A stretch of 63,845 nt of DNA, filler included, from Reticulomyxa filosa (lineage: Eukaryota; Protista; Foraminifera), in NCBI GenBank assembly GCA_000512085.1. It is 14 parts of 14 records of this genome, joined end to end, with 100 filler letters (N's around TTAATTAATTAA, not from the genome) between each part and the next. Parts side by side here need not be neighbours in the genome. Positions count along the whole stretch, not along the records: positions 1 to 16,820 come from ASPP01000845.1; positions 16,921 to 18,813 come from ASPP01014872.1; positions 18,914 to 21,223 come from ASPP01018846.1; positions 21,324 to 24,110 come from ASPP01045209.1; positions 24,211 to 25,464 come from ASPP01019796.1; positions 25,565 to 30,280 come from ASPP01016020.1; 8 more parts are not named here. One strand, written 5' to 3'. A program made the position numbers and the translations under genes. Under the pieces are notes generated by a model, which was not told the origin of the DNA, made no database searches, and saw nothing but the letters and a program-made list of their open reading frames with translations. Of the stretch, positions 15,040 to 28,948 are shown piece by piece; within the stretch, counting starts at the first letter, position 1; each line of letters opens with the position of its first letter.

Positions 15040-16612
15040 TTATAATTCCTTTTGTTGTCTAACCAATGCAGTAAGCATTTGCTTGAATGCATCTAAGTCT
15101 GCGGCAACAGAAAACAGTTCTGTTTTGCATTCAGACAAGTCACTGGTGCCGTAGTCACTCTCTAGAATTCCTTTGACATGTCTGAGACGGGTATCAATTT
15201 TTTCTAATTTTCCTTTTACGTTTGCAAGCTTCCCCTTTGAACGTTTTTTTTTTTTTTTTTTTTTTGATTTGTGTGTGTGTGCAAAACACGCATTAAAAGT
15301 GAACTAATTGAATAATTAAGATTAACTTTGATTGTCTTATAATTATTTTTGTTCACGAGGAAGTCAATACATCTCTGCGCTTGCGCCTTGAGTTGTGCGT
15401 GTCTTTTCGTCAAAGTTTGAACGGTGCTTGCATCATTATTTTTTTGGAACATGTTCATCACCGACGGGCTCGGTACATGTTCCATTGATATCAAAACCGA
15501 CTTGGTTTTTGCATGCAACGGTGTATATCCGTTCTGAGCAGTTTGCAGTTGCAAGTTTTCATTGCCACCTCGTCTAATTTCATTTGTCATTATCATTCAG
15601 CACATATAAGTAATATATACATATATATATTTATATATATATATGTATATACTTTATTGTCTCCCTCTTCTTCGACCCTCAAAACCAAAAAACACAAAAA
15701 TAATATAACTTGATAGAATCAGATAGAATTTTCAAGCCTTGAGCCCAAATGTAAGCCTCTTTGGGGGATTTGGCGGTGACGTTCAATTGTTTGGAGTCTT
15801 TGCCGTATACCACTGTAAACGAAGTTTCGTAAACTTCCTCGTTTTTCGTGCGTCTCACGACGTCCGATTCTTTTCCCACTTTGACCTCGACAATCTCTTT
15901 CAGTGGAATGCGAGTGCTTTCCGCATCTTTTTTCTGCGAAAACCAAATCAAGTACTTGTGGTCTTTCGACAAGCGAAATGTGCGATAGCCACCTTTGCCA
16001 TATCGTCCATATTTCAACTATCAAATATAAAACAACATGACACTTTGCAACCATAAATATATAAATACATATATATTTATTTTTATTTATTTATGTACGT
16101 ATATACACACGTATATGTACGTGTGTATATACGTGTATGTGTATGTATACGTATATATGTACCAGTGTTACGCCTTCTTCCATTTGTGACAATATGTCAA
16201 TCTGGTTGTTATCTTTTTCGTCTATGGCTTTACTTTCATTTGTATTTGATTTGATTTGCATTTGCATTTGCATTTGCATTTATATTTGTAGCTGTTTCAA
16301 GACCATAAATATCTTTATAATTGTGCGCATCGTTTGGCGGATAATAGGAGCCATCTTGTGTCCACAGATTGTGTATCATTGTGGAAGGTGTGATGGACTC
16401 GGACATACGCTTGTCGCCACCACTCATCAATTCTTGCAAGTACTTTAAAATTTCGGGGTCGTATTGCGTGTTGACTTCACCCCCGTCGGCATCACCATCC
16501 CCCTTTTGCAGTTCGCTCAGTTCAAACGTTATCGTCTTGCTATCTTTCGGAGTGCTCTGCACCAACTTGGACAATGTCGCCTTTCGCGTGTGGGACATCG
16601 CTTGCAATGTGA
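15040..16612 (-). CDS. PH-domain (PLC-type PH) protein with a C-terminal helical region; 5' truncated, spliced
   Basis: MEEGVTL|LKYGRYGKGGYRTFRLSKDHKYLIW...IPLKEIVEVKVGKES..SFTVVYG..LNVTAKSPKEAYIWAQGLKIL. The last exon ends in TAA at 15040-15042. Confidence 0.75.
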
Positions 16613-16820
16613 GCTAAGTTCGTCCATTCGTTTGTTTATATTGTGTGTGTTTTTTTTTTTTGCTAAAAGGAAAGCATATAAATTTACGTGTACCCTTTTA
16701 TACATATATATATATATATATGTGTATATTTATACATATATGTATACATGAGTATCTTCGTAACTTGTCAAAGCTATTAAAAAAATTTGTCAAAGTGAAA
16801 AGGACGTACAAAAAAAAAAA

Positions 16821-16920
16821 NNNNNNNNNNNNNNNNNNNNNNNNNNNNNNNNNNNNNNNNNNNNTTAATTAATTAANNNNNNNNNNNNNNNNNNNNNNNN
16901 NNNNNNNNNNNNNNNNNNNN
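16821..16920. other. Artificial contig linker (first of 13)
   Basis: Identical 100-bp N/TTAATTAATTAA/N spacers also at 18814-18913, 21224-21323, 24111-24210, 25465-25564, 30281-30380, 37854-37953, 39359-39458, 41021-41120, 46522-46621, 49391-49490, 60042-60141 and 62711-62810. The 12-mer places stop codons in all six frames. Confidence 0.98.
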
Positions 16921-18011
16921 GAAAGGATAATGTCGTGAATGTTTGCGTTGTTGTGACTGTCGAAAATAATAGCAAAATGTTTTGGATTCAAAAATTTGGT
17001 ATGTGGTGATATCTTTTGGGAGGGAGGGTTACAGAAGAAATTGCTTTTTTTTTATGTTTGTTTAATTAATTTCTCTTTTTTTACAATTTTAAAATAAAAG
17101 CAAAGTTTGAAAATTGCAAATAAAATCAGGCTGGATTGGTGCCACTGGATTTTCAAAGTCGGCAAAACGACAATTGAAATTGTACGACTTGCGCAAATTG
17201 AATGACCCAGTACTGGCAAACGAAGTGGACCAAGCGGCAGGAGTGTTGTTGCCTCATTGGGACAATGATAACGGTATATTGTACTTGGTGGGAAAAGGAG
17301 AAGGAAACATCAATTACTTTGAGTTAGAAAATGATGAAAAAATACTCTATACGTTGAGTGTGTATCGAAGCAATATCCCTCAAAAGGGTGGTGGCTGGGT
17401 TCCGAAAAAAACGATGGATGTATGGAAATGTGAGGTTGCAAGATTTTTAAAATTGACACAGAACGCAGTCATCCCCATCTCTTTCTTTGTTAAGTTTCTT
17501 TTTTTTTAAAAAAATAAAATTGACAAATTATGAATGAATCAACATTTTAATTTTTATTAATTTTGCAAAGGTGCCGAGAAAAGCAGGTGCGGATGTGTTC
17601 CAAAAAGATATTTTCCCAGACGCGTACGCCCATACTCCTAGTTTGTCGGCCGAAGAGTGGACGTCTGGCCAAAATAAGGATCCAGGATTAGTCTCAATGG
17701 ACCCAAAGAATTCGTCGTCCAAGCAAACCAGCACTGCCCAGTTTTCCAAAAAAGCCAACATTGGAGACTTGGCAAGTGAAAATGAAAAACTTCGAAATGA
17801 CAACGCCAAACTTGTCGGTGAAAATCGTGAGTTGCGCGGCCGAATCAGAGAATTGGAGAAACAATTGGGAATAACGAGTCAAGAAAGTACTAAAGAAGAT
17901 GATATTCCCCAAGAGCAAGAAGAAGAACATTCGGTTGAGGAAGTGCAAACTGAGGAGCCCACAAATCAAGAAGAAACTTCTCAGGCCGAACAAGATGAAG
18001 AAAAAGAGTAA
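16921..18011 (+). CDS. Coronin, C-terminal half (WD end, unique region, coiled coil); 5' truncated
   Basis: TGFSKSAKRQLKLYD, GVLLPHWDNDNGILYLVGKGEGNINYFE, CEVARFLKL, PISFF|VPRK..FQKDIFP and EEWTSG, then a coiled coil. Confidence 0.93.
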
Positions 18012-18393
18012 ATTCCTTTTTTGTTGGTTTTATAATTGTACAGTGTTTTATTTTATTTTTTGTTGTAAATGTGATTACCTGTTTGAGAACATTTTTTGTA
18101 ATTGAGATCCAGTACTGATCTTTTTCCAAGTGGTGTCTATTTCATTTTTATTCGACAAATGCGCAATTGAACAGTGCTTTTAGATAGGTGCTGCCAATTG
18201 TGAAATCTGTGCAAATCCTTTCGAATAAATCACAAAATATTTATCTATAAAAGAACTCAAAAAATCACCTAAGTGTTTTGTATTCACTTCTCTTACAGTA
18301 ATTCAAGTACGTAGCCATTTCATTTAATAAATAAAAATTGAAATACATATCAATATTTTTCGGTTATCCAAGTTTATCCAAAAAGTTTATTTT

Positions 18394-18813
18394 CTATTCA
18401 AGTTCAATTTTTTGAGAAGTACCAGGAGCGGAGTCAGTTGAGACCTCAAATTGTGTGTCATGGTCATCTGTCAAGAATGTATTTGGATAAAACTTAGTTT
18501 CACCAGAGTTTCCATAATGAGTAGTACCCCACTGGGATTTATTGTTTGATTTCAATGCAATACTCTCTTGTCGAAATTTTTTTGCTTCTTTCAGACGATA
18601 GCCCAACCCAGCAAATTCACAAATTTCCATTGCAATTTCTGTATATTGCACAGATTTATTATCATCACTGTTACCAATGATTGATTCCAAAGTGTGGTCT
18701 ATTGTCGTAATGTAATGTTCTCGAATGAATGTAGGAGTATCACGATAAGAAAAAATTGGTTTTTTGGGATCGACAATGAAAAAAGCCAAAAATCCTCGAT
18801 TGCAAGCATCATC
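18394..18813 (-). CDS. Hypothetical protein, C-terminal fragment
   Basis: Open frame of at least 131 aa runs from the contig edge with protein-like composition; no motif recognised. Confidence 0.45.
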   Translation of the reverse strand, partial: DDACNRGFLAFFIVDPKKPIFSYRDTPTFIREHYITTIDHTLESIIGNSDDNKSVQYTEIAMEICEFAGLGYRLKEAKKFRQESIALKSNNKSQWGTTHYGNSGETKFYPNTFLTDDHDTQFEVSTDSAPGTSQKIELE

Positions 18814-19468
18814 NNNNNNNNNNNNNNNNNNNNNNNNNNNNNNNNNNNNNNNNNNNNTTAATTAATTAANNNNNNNNNNNNNNNNNNNNNNNNNNNNNNN
18901 NNNNNNNNNNNNNATTCTATTGTATTCTGATTCACCATGCAAATTGAATTTTCTTCATTACCGTGTATCATTGACTAATTTTCAAATTTTTCTTTGAACA
19001 CAAACATATTTAGTTCATTTTCTTTTATTTATGTTAATGAAAAATGTTTAACTATATTATCGCAAAATTTTTAATTCCATGAAAACGTTATGCAACAATA
19101 ACAGAAACTACAAAACAAATATCATAATAGCAAATACAAAACCAAATATAATTTTTATTAAATGTGAATGATTATCACTCAATGCACCAAAAAATATCCA
19201 AAATAAATTGTTGCAATAAAAAAGGCACAATTGAATACAAATAACTTGCAAGCGAAAAAGACATGATACCAGTTGTAATAAATGAATGAAATTACAGCGT
19301 CCAATTTTTTTTAATCTATCGACTTAAATTTTATAAAAAATGATTACAAAATATTTTTTATATACTTCGATTTGAATCATTTATATCAAATAATATTTTC
19401 AAGAAAACCTTCAGCGTTTCACAAGCTGAGACTATTTTATTAAAAAAATTATTTCAAAGTTCAGTAAT

Positions 19469-19533
19469 ACGACTTTTTCTTTTGGCATAAAAAACGACTT
19501 TTTCTTTTGGCATAAAAAACGACTTTTTCTTTT
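19469..19533. repeat. 25-bp tandem repeat, about 2.6 copies
   Basis: ACGACTTTTTCTTTTGGCATAAAAA twice plus a partial third copy, with no spacers. Confidence 0.9.
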
Positions 19534-21323
19534 TAAGAAGCCAAACCGTCGCAGTGTCTACGCTTTTCAGCCATTGATAAATATGAGCAAACACTTCTTC
19601 GGAAATGGCATATCGATTGAGATATGGTTTCAAATTGAAAGTGGAGTCGTCTGAATTGAGTTTGGTGTCAATCTGGTTTTTTAGACACTGAGTTTTCATT
19701 TGCAACATTTTGATAATCATAACACTGAACTGAAAGGTGGGATATTGGAAGATTGGCAAAAAACAGTATTTAATCTTTCTAATGAGATGTATTATTATTT
19801 TGTAATTGGGGTTAGTTTCATTTTTCATTTTTTCTCTCCAATAGTGAAACAAATTTTCTTTAACTTTAACTTTTATTATAATAAAATGGATCAAATCTTT
19901 TTTTTTGTGAGACGTTGAATCGATAACATACTTTCGAAGTTTAAATTACGCAAACAAAAACTTATTTTCTTAAAAAGAAGAAATTTATAAGGAATTTAAT
20001 TGATATAACGTATGTTAGCACCTTTTAATTGAATAAGTTTGCAAATTTTTTTTTATAAATCAAAGCAATTTTTATTAAGAATTACAGTAAAGATTGAATA
20101 AACAACAAACATCAACAAAAAAAAAAGTGGATATGTTTAAAATTGACAAGATTTAAAATGTTTATTATCAACAGTATTGAACAGATAGCAAATGCCCACT
20201 AATTGCTGCAAAGCATATGTAGTTCATTTGCATTTTTGGAAGTGAAGCTGTTGCTCATAAGTTGGAGTACTGAATAAAAGTCGATACCTTGACTGGTCTC
20301 AGTCAATTTGATATTTTGAATTTTGGCCAAAATTTCTTTTTGGACACTGTCAATGCCTTGAGTGGCTTCCAAATCTTGTGAAAAAAATTGAGTATCTATT
20401 GTGTCTGCTGTGACATTATTTCCGTCACAGCGCCATATTTGTTTGTTTCTTTTTCGACTGGATCCGGTCTGCTGCTAATGTGAGTGACTCTATTGCTTGA
20501 TGTCATCTTCACTTTGTCGACTCTATTTTCCGTCTAGTCCCTGTTCAATCCCTCCCCAAAACCATTATTGCAAAAAACAAAAGCAAGTTCGCAACCAATC
20601 AAATTTTTTCTCAAAAAAAAAAAAGAACATAGTAGTAAAAGTATCGGAATGAACATTCAATTGAATATAGATGAGTTGATATTCAGATTGGTTGTTTCGA
20701 TGTTTCATTTCCAACTTGTTTCTCTCGCTGGCATAAATCACTTCACACATGTGCAGCAACCATTGATTTCGATCCTCTAACTTTCGTATTACAATACATT
20801 CACATATTTCCCATCTTTACTATTGGCAAATCGACATATTTATCATATATTTATATTTATATTAATTCAAAGATAGATCATATTGACATACCAGAGGCTT
20901 CAACGTAATCGCGTTTGTAAATATTTTTTGCTTGATCTTTATCTTTGTCTTTGTTGTTGTAAATTAAACTAATTATGTCTTGTGTGTCGTATTGAGTTTG
21001 AGTTTGACAGTACCATTCCTGAATTGTCTCGCATATACGACCCCAGTAGTGACTTGAATCATGTCATCTGGACTTTTGAAATCTCATCCTACATTGTTTT
21101 TTTAAAACAGCTTTGGCTGATTACATGATAAAGATATGATCACGATCCCGTTCAATTATGAAGATGCCCTTTTTTTTTGTAAGAAAAAAAATGCAATCAG
21201 CTTCTATAAAACAAGATTCTTGANNNNNNNNNNNNNNNNNNNNNNNNNNNNNNNNNNNNNNNNNNNNTTAATTAATTAANNNNNNNNNNNNNNNNNNNNN
21301 NNNNNNNNNNNNNNNNNNNNNNN

Positions 21324-21984
21324 GAACAGTACTATCACCAGATCCAGCACATAAATATCTACCACTACTAAAAGATGAAAATTCAATACCAGAAGTCCAT
21401 TGAGTGTGATTATTAAATAATTTCAATTGTCGATCATGTTTGAAATCCCAAAAACGAATAGTTTTGTCATATGCTGATGAACAAATAACATTAAGACAAT
21501 TATTATAATAATGATATGGTGAAAATTTTACACAAAACACAGTAGACGAATGTCCATAGAATGATTCAATTTGTTTGTTGTTTTCAATATCCCATACACG
21601 AACTGTGTTATCACTTGATCCAGAACAAATGAATTGATTATTATCAAATGTTGAATAATCAATACTATTCAATATACCAGTATGTCTAGTGAGAGTATTG
21701 AGTAATTTGGATGATGAACGAAATATCTCGAATATAAAATAGATAGTTACCTGTATTAAATAAATATTTATTTATACAAATAAAATAAAAATACAAACGT
21801 AACATATTTAATAATAAGTTTATCAAAATCTTGGATCCATCCTAATTTAATTTTTAATGTTCGAACCCATTGTTGAATAATTTTTTGGATCTCTTCTTCC
21901 GACTAGTTCAATCACAATTATAAATTATCTTACAAAAAAAAGAAAGATTGAACAGAAACTTACCAATGATAGTTGCATTGACAT
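21324..21984 (-). CDS. Lineage-expanded WD40-repeat protein; 3' truncated, possibly a pseudogene
   Basis: Exon EEEIQKIIQQWVRTLKIKLGWIQDFDKLIIKYV is followed by WD repeats (ICSGSSDNTVRVWD, ICSSAYDKTIRFWD). Confidence 0.85.
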
Positions 21985-23460
21985 TCTTTTTTTTTTGTGA
22001 TCTAAGATAAAAAACTTTTTTTCTTTCAAAATCAATAAACTCCTTTTTAACTAAAATAAAAAAGTTATTCAAAATTGAGCACAATACGTATCTTACAAAG
22101 CTAGTTCAATATGAAATATATTTAACAAAAATTTGCTAAATAAAAAATGTAAAACAAAACATGTTATCCCCAAATACGAATTAAACATAGATTAATGCAA
22201 CAGTTACTATTATTGCCTTTATTGTTCTCTTTTAATTGTATAAATTTAAAACAATTTATTGTTTGGAGATTCAATTACCCGAAAAAGAATTAACAAAATA
22301 TAAAATATCATTATGGAAATATCAAATTAGTGATTAAAGATCTTATTTAACACTTAATTGAAAAAGAGGTATTTAATGATGAATTGAAAAGATTTTTAGT
22401 TTTGTTCAAAAAAAAATGTATAAAGAAACCCTTTTAATATTCTTTACACTCAATAAGCTTTGAGTGTGAGATCATAATGTCTTTTAGTCAGCATATGCTG
22501 TACTTACAAAAAAGAAGTAACATGGGAGAAAAACAAAACACATTACACAAATGATACATCAGCTGAAACTCAAGAGAAAATTTTTTTTCAATCATTGTGC
22601 GTTATCGAGCACGTTGTCACACGGTTAGCATCAGGGAGCCATTGAACACTATTTTATAAGCAAATATAACATGCAAAAAAAGATTTATATATAAAGTTGT
22701 GTTGCAATAACAAAATGTACGTATTATAATTATATTTTTTTTAAAGTGCAAAAAAAAAAAAAAATTATTTTAAAGTTCAGTTCTCCCCCTCCCCCCATCA
22801 TTTAGAGATGATTCTATTTTTTATTTTACCTGTTAACATCAGCAGTGAAATTTGCGACAGCATGTTCGCCTTTTCTGGTATCCAAAATTTTGCAGTTGAA
22901 TCAACTGACTCGCTAACAATCAATGGAGGATTCTTTTGATTCAAGCTCACACATGACATTGAAAAGTTTGAAGCAAGAGATTTTTATATTAGCAAACTCT
23001 CGAGAAGCAGTCTATTATTACAATCTTTTTAAATAGAAGTTTGGCTCCTATTCCATATTCTTTCTCTTTTTGAGACAAAAGAAAAATAATACCCAAATCG
23101 GTATTTTGAAAACGAGGTTTGGCTGGAGATGGCTATTGGCCTTTGCATCAATTGCCCTACTATGTGATTGTCAGATTATTATCTGGAGCAACTGCAAAAA
23201 AACTTAGTTTATGATTTTAAACACAAACATCTTTGGGGTCAATGTTTCCATAAAATTACCTTCAATTTTTAATACGTTTGTGTCTAGCGTCTATAGAAAT
23301 CCCAATGTTCAGAATCACGTTTTCAACGAAAATTTTTACTTTTTTCTTCTAAGTTAAGTAAACTGTGCAAAGCAGATCAAGGATCTCACAAAGTTCAAAA
23401 TCTGTTTTGATTCATTCAAGATTAATTATATTTGCCTTTTGATACAACTACGGCAAAGAA

Positions 23461-24110
23461 ATGACTACTACTGCCAACGAAAAAGAGAACACAGCACCGC
23501 AATTGGTAAGATATCTATCCATTATAGAATGCCCTTTTTGGACGGATCGACAAAAAAACAAACAGTCAGAGGAACAAATGGAAACGATACTGCAAAACTG
23601 GCTTCGAATTGTAAATATAAAACAAGGATGGATCTATGACCTTGATAAAATTGTCACTAAATATGTTAGGCTTTTTGAATCACGATAGTGTTCATTTTAA
23701 TAAATACTTAATATTTAAAACTAGGCGAAACATTTTCAATTATTGAAAGTTTTGAGAGGGCATCAAAGTGAAATAAGGAAAGTAAGAATTTCACCAGATG
23801 GTCGCAAAGTTCTTTCAGCATCACATGACGGCACAATTCGGTTATGGGATATTGTATCAGGAGTGCAAATACAAATATTCGAAGGACATTCAGATTGGGT
23901 CTTGGTTGCTGAATTTTCACCATATGGAGATATTATTGCTTCGGGTTCGAGTGACAAGACAATTCGATTATGGGATGTAAAAACAGGAAAGGAATTGATG
24001 ATTTTGCGCGGCCATCTTTATCCAGTGTGGTGTGTAAACTTTTCTCCGGATGGAAACAATATTGTATCAGGTTCATATGATCAAACAGTACGAGTGTGGG
24101 ATTTAAAGCT
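23461..24110 (+). CDS. Lineage-expanded WD40-repeat protein; 3' truncated
   Basis: [32 protein letters not shown] is followed by GH..WD repeats ([36 protein letters not shown]). Confidence 0.88.
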
Positions 24111-24210
24111 NNNNNNNNNNNNNNNNNNNNNNNNNNNNNNNNNNNNNNNNNNNNTTAATTAATTAANNNNNNNNNNNNNNNNNNNNNNNNNNNNNNNNNN
24201 NNNNNNNNNN

Positions 24211-25370
24211 TAATAATGGAAACGAGAAAAAAGTAGAAACAATATACTCGTTCGAATGTCCAATGTGCTTGGAAGACGAGTGGGACTTTGCGAGAAACAG
24301 ACGTGATGAGATTGTGTATGACAAATTGGAGTGTGGACACGAGATCTGCCATGGATGCATTCGGGACTACGTGCTCAACTGCATTTGGAAGGGACGCAAC
24401 ACGTGTGTGTTTATGAAGTGTCCGGCGTTCAAATGCAACTACATTATCCCCCCATTTCTTGTCTCTCACATCTTATACACTACCACCATCACCACAACCA
24501 CAATGACAAATGACACACGTAAGAAACATATCAAAGCCAAAGCCAAAGCCAAAGCCATTCAACCTATACGCAATGCCGCCAAAGACCGGGCCATTGCAAG
24601 CTTGGAAAGATATCAACGCTTTCAATTGGACGAGTTTGTCGAGCAATGCGACGAATTGTACATTTGTCCATATCGACAATGTCCATTCATCATTTGTGTG
24701 GACAATAGTGAATTCCAAGTCATGGATACACTCACTCTTCAAGAAGATGAAGAAGAAAATGGTGATAATGATAATAATAATGATGATGATAAAGAAAATG
24801 ATAATGATGATGATGATGATGACGATAAAGAAAATGATAACAATGATGATGATGATAATAATAATAATAATAATGAAAATGAAAAAAAAAACAGAATGGA
24901 ACAAACACACAAAACAAAAAACCAAAGAAAAAAAAAAAAATAATGCCACAAAGAAATCATCCACAAACACGGCCGCAAATTCGCAAATAAACAATGCGAA
25001 AAAAAAATTGTCACAACATAGCATTGGCTACAACGTGCTATGCAAGTGCGGCTATCGCTCTTGTCTGCTGTGCAAACAACTGGCGCATGAACCCATTTCG
25101 TGCGAAATGTGCCATTCCTGGATCACCAAGAACAGCAGCGAAAGCGAAAACATTCAGTGGATTTTGGCCAAGACCAAACGCTGTCCTAACGAAAAGTGCG
25201 CTGTTCCCATTGAAAAGAACCAAGGATGTAATCACATGGTCTGTCCCAAATGCTCTTTCGAGTTTTGCTGGATGTGCAAAGGTCAATGGGCACATCATAG
25301 CAATGAAACGGGTGGATACTATGAATGCAATATTTATGAAAATAACATTCACATTTTTATGAATACTGGT
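24211..25370 (+). CDS. Ariadne-family RBR E3 ubiquitin ligase, internal fragment; +1 frame change near 24880-24943
   Basis: RING1 CPMC..CGHEICHGC..CPAFKC; IBR CPYRQC..CKCGYRSCLLCKQLAHEPISC; SESENIQWILAKTKRCP; RING2 IEKNQGCNHMVC..CSFEFCWMC. Confidence 0.92.
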
Positions 25371-25386
25371 ATTATATATACATATA

Positions 25387-25453
<67 letters not shown>

Positions 25454-25564
25454 TAGTATAGTAANNNNNNNNNNNNNNNNNNNNNNNNNNNNNNNNNNNN
25501 NNNNNNNNTTAATTAATTAANNNNNNNNNNNNNNNNNNNNNNNNNNNNNNNNNNNNNNNNNNNN

Positions 25565-25601
<37 letters not shown>

Positions 25602-25630
25602 AAAGCAGTTATTGATGGCTGTCGTAGCAG

Positions 25631-28600
25631 TTAGGTACTCAACTCAAAGTTTGGCCAATACGGCAATGAACATACAATCGCGTTTGCAACGATACACGCA
25701 AAGATAAACCAATGAAACTCTTTGGACTGAACGAATCGGAAACACTTTTCTGAAATGGAATTGGTTGGCAATGGATGCAAGCGACATCCGCGTCGCCGGA
25801 AAATTTCCAGAAATTTGTGAATTTGTTGCAAGTTTTTATGCGCGTCAACGTTCAAAAGCAATTGCGTGTCTTCGTTACAGTATCTCAAATACGTGGAAAT
25901 CACAATGCTTGTCAGCAGACTTACCAAAAAAAATTGCCCAATTAATACCGTCACTATGAAAAATACTGAGGCCACTGCCAAGTTTTGGATTTGGCTGAAT
26001 TGCAACGAGCCCCCGGACAATTTTTTGAATACATTTTGCAAAAAGTTGTCCCACTCGGCGCCGCGAAACACCAAAAATACCGCAAAGAATGCCTCCGAGG
26101 TCGAGTCAAATCGGAAATAGCGTGAGTTGTAAGTCAACGCTGGTCCCACGCAATCCGAGGATCGCAAGCTGGTAAAATCGCTTCCGCACTGACAATTGCT
26201 TACAAAACAGGCAACAAAGTTTAAAGAGTTACATTTGATATTGTAATAGAGCAGTATACATATAATATATATATATAATATGTGATTATGCACTTTGTTT
26301 ATAATACAAAACTAATCACCCATTCCAAACCTCCGGTGTATTTTGCGCACTCATGTTGAGCCACCAAGGTCAACGCCAGAAAATCATTGCAGCTGCATCT
26401 GTTTATTCCATCCATCCAACATGAAGGAATGTAAAAAAAAAAAAAAGCAATGACATAAATAACGGTAAGAATAAAAATCATAATATGTTGGCTTGGTAGT
26501 GCGTATCACTCAAAATGGAAATAAAATGCAATGCATAAAAAAAAATAAAGGATATCTCAAACATTGATGTGAATGTCAAACTTAACACAGTGAAATCTGC
26601 AGAAGTATCGACCTTCGACGATGTGCTGAAAAAGTTTAGGCCAATGACTGCGAAGCAAACCATGATCAGAAATCCAAAGAGCATTCCACTGACAATGCTC
26701 GAAAGGCCTCGTCCCAAAGAAGTCAAAATAATTCGCATTGGATTGTATCGGATAACAACACGGAAGACACGAAGCGCACGTAATGTGGACCAATGTCTCC
26801 AATTGAATATCAAAGCAAAAATGGAGAGTAAGACAACAGACGCATCCAAAATATTCCAACTCTCTTCGCAAAATGCATTGGCATTATCTGTTGTTTGTAT
26901 GTATTGTCGTTTACTTTTATTGTATTGTGCAAAGTCCGAATGGTGTATATTGTTTGTTGTCAAACACGCATTAACCGAGAGTCAATGAGACCGAGGTCAT
27001 CATTTGTTTAATATCATTGTCCAATCGCATTTCTTTGAAATGTACGCTACCTGTGCTGGTACGGTATTTCCTCGAGCTTTTCGTGTGTTTACTTTCGTCC
27101 AATGGTTCCCAACGCACCCATTTTCGCACTGAAAGCATACCTGACACACTTGTGCTTTTGCCTGCCCCTTCTCGAGCCTCTTCCTCTGATGTCTTAACAG
27201 TTTTTGTTTTTTTTTATTTAAAGAAAAAAAAAAAAGATTGAATTATATATATATATATATACATATACACATATACATATATGTATATATAAATTTAATC
27301 ATTACTAAACGAGTTTTCTATCTCGAACATCTGCTGGTATAACAAGGGGAATAATATCATCATCATCGTCGTCGTCGTTTCTTTTGCTCTTACTTATGCT
27401 TGGTTCGATCCTGATAGACTCTTCACTTGTTTTGGTGGAAAGGCCGTATTGTCGACAGATGAAAATATACTTCCATTCCGCTTCGTCGAACAATACACGC
27501 AATTCCAAGCCTGTCGAAGGGACAATGCAGTGTACAATCACTAATCCATCGCGCGCCTTGGTAACCTCAAATATGCCCAAGTCGTTATTGTATAAAGACG
27601 CATTCAAGTTCTCTCGGTCATGTTCGCACATATATTGCCACACTGTCAGACAACGCGCGCGCCAACTTTGTTTGTACACTATTTCATAATTTCATAATGT
27701 TTGTAATTTTTTTTTATGTTTTGATATTTTTGCACATTGCATTATGTATGTGCGTGTTTGTGGCTACCCTCCCTCCCTTTGTGCTTGCTTAAATGGCAAC
27801 ACCTTACCTGGGTCGACAATTTTGTTCCAACTTCTTTGATCATGCAACGGCCTCGAAATGAATCCAAACACTGCTATTTTAAGTAGGATTTCAACACTGA
27901 ATATGACAACGAATCCGACATCAAACCAATGTAAAATCTTAAAGTTCTGTGAGTGTTCGTCTTGTAATGTCTGATAATTGTAAAATCCAAAAAATATTGC
28001 GTTGAGCACAATGATAATGTCCAGCACTATGTTGTAACCCTACTTATATGTACATGATATCCAGTTGTTTGTTTTTTTTTTTTTTTCAATCCATGTAAAA
28101 AGATTATTATTATTGTTTTTTTTTTTTTTTGACAAGAATAAAATAAACAAAAAAAAGTCTTAACAGTACTAATAACCAACTTTTGTAATTTTTTTCGCAA
28201 AGGATGGTCCATTCCAAAGTACATCAACGAATATCCATAGATAACAGTTCGATCTCTGTGCCAATACAAATAATTCCAAATTCGACGACGAACCAATTCC
28301 TTTTTTGTTGTGTTGTGAGGTTTTTTTTTTTTTTTTTTTTTTTGTTTTGTTTTAATGGTTTTTTTTTCTTGTTTTGGTTTGTCTACTTTTGCATATATTT
28401 GTTCAACACGTACCTGTCTTCGTTCATTTACTTCGGCATGTAAAATTTGTTTGATATCTTCTTCCGTGACTTTTAGTGCATCTTTCACTCGAATCGATTC
28501 AGCTTGAGGCAATATGTATTGTAATATCTCGTTGTCTTCGCTCTGTCCAATTGTAGCCACAAAGCACGCTCAAAGTTTATACATTGATATATGCATGTAC

Positions 28601-28913
28601 ATACATACATATATATGTATATATGTGCATATAAAGGACTTTTTTTGTTTTGTTTTGTTCCTTTTCTTCCCCTCGCTTTCCCCCCCCCCCTTTTTGTTTG
28701 AATTATTCTCCAAACCTCATGAGAATTCATTGTCGTCAAAGTCAGAGCGATGAATATCTGCCGAATAAACACTTGACCCAAGATATTGACCGAGACCAGA
28801 AAGAGGATAGAAGAGATAGACGGTTGTTGGAACAGCTTTTGTCTTTTGTATAAAAGTAAAAGGTGATTTATGTGAGAAGAAAAAAAAGAAAGACAATAGT
28901 TAAATCAAGCAAG

Positions 28914-28948
<35 letters not shown>

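Noticed and set aside
19469-19533. 25-bp repeat read as a CRISPR array
   Set aside because: Copies are head-to-tail with no spacers, and there are no cas genes.
18914-21223. Short ORFs in this contig and in 37954-39358
   Set aside because: No coherent reading frame or motif was recognised. They may be decayed pseudogenes, but I cannot support a call.
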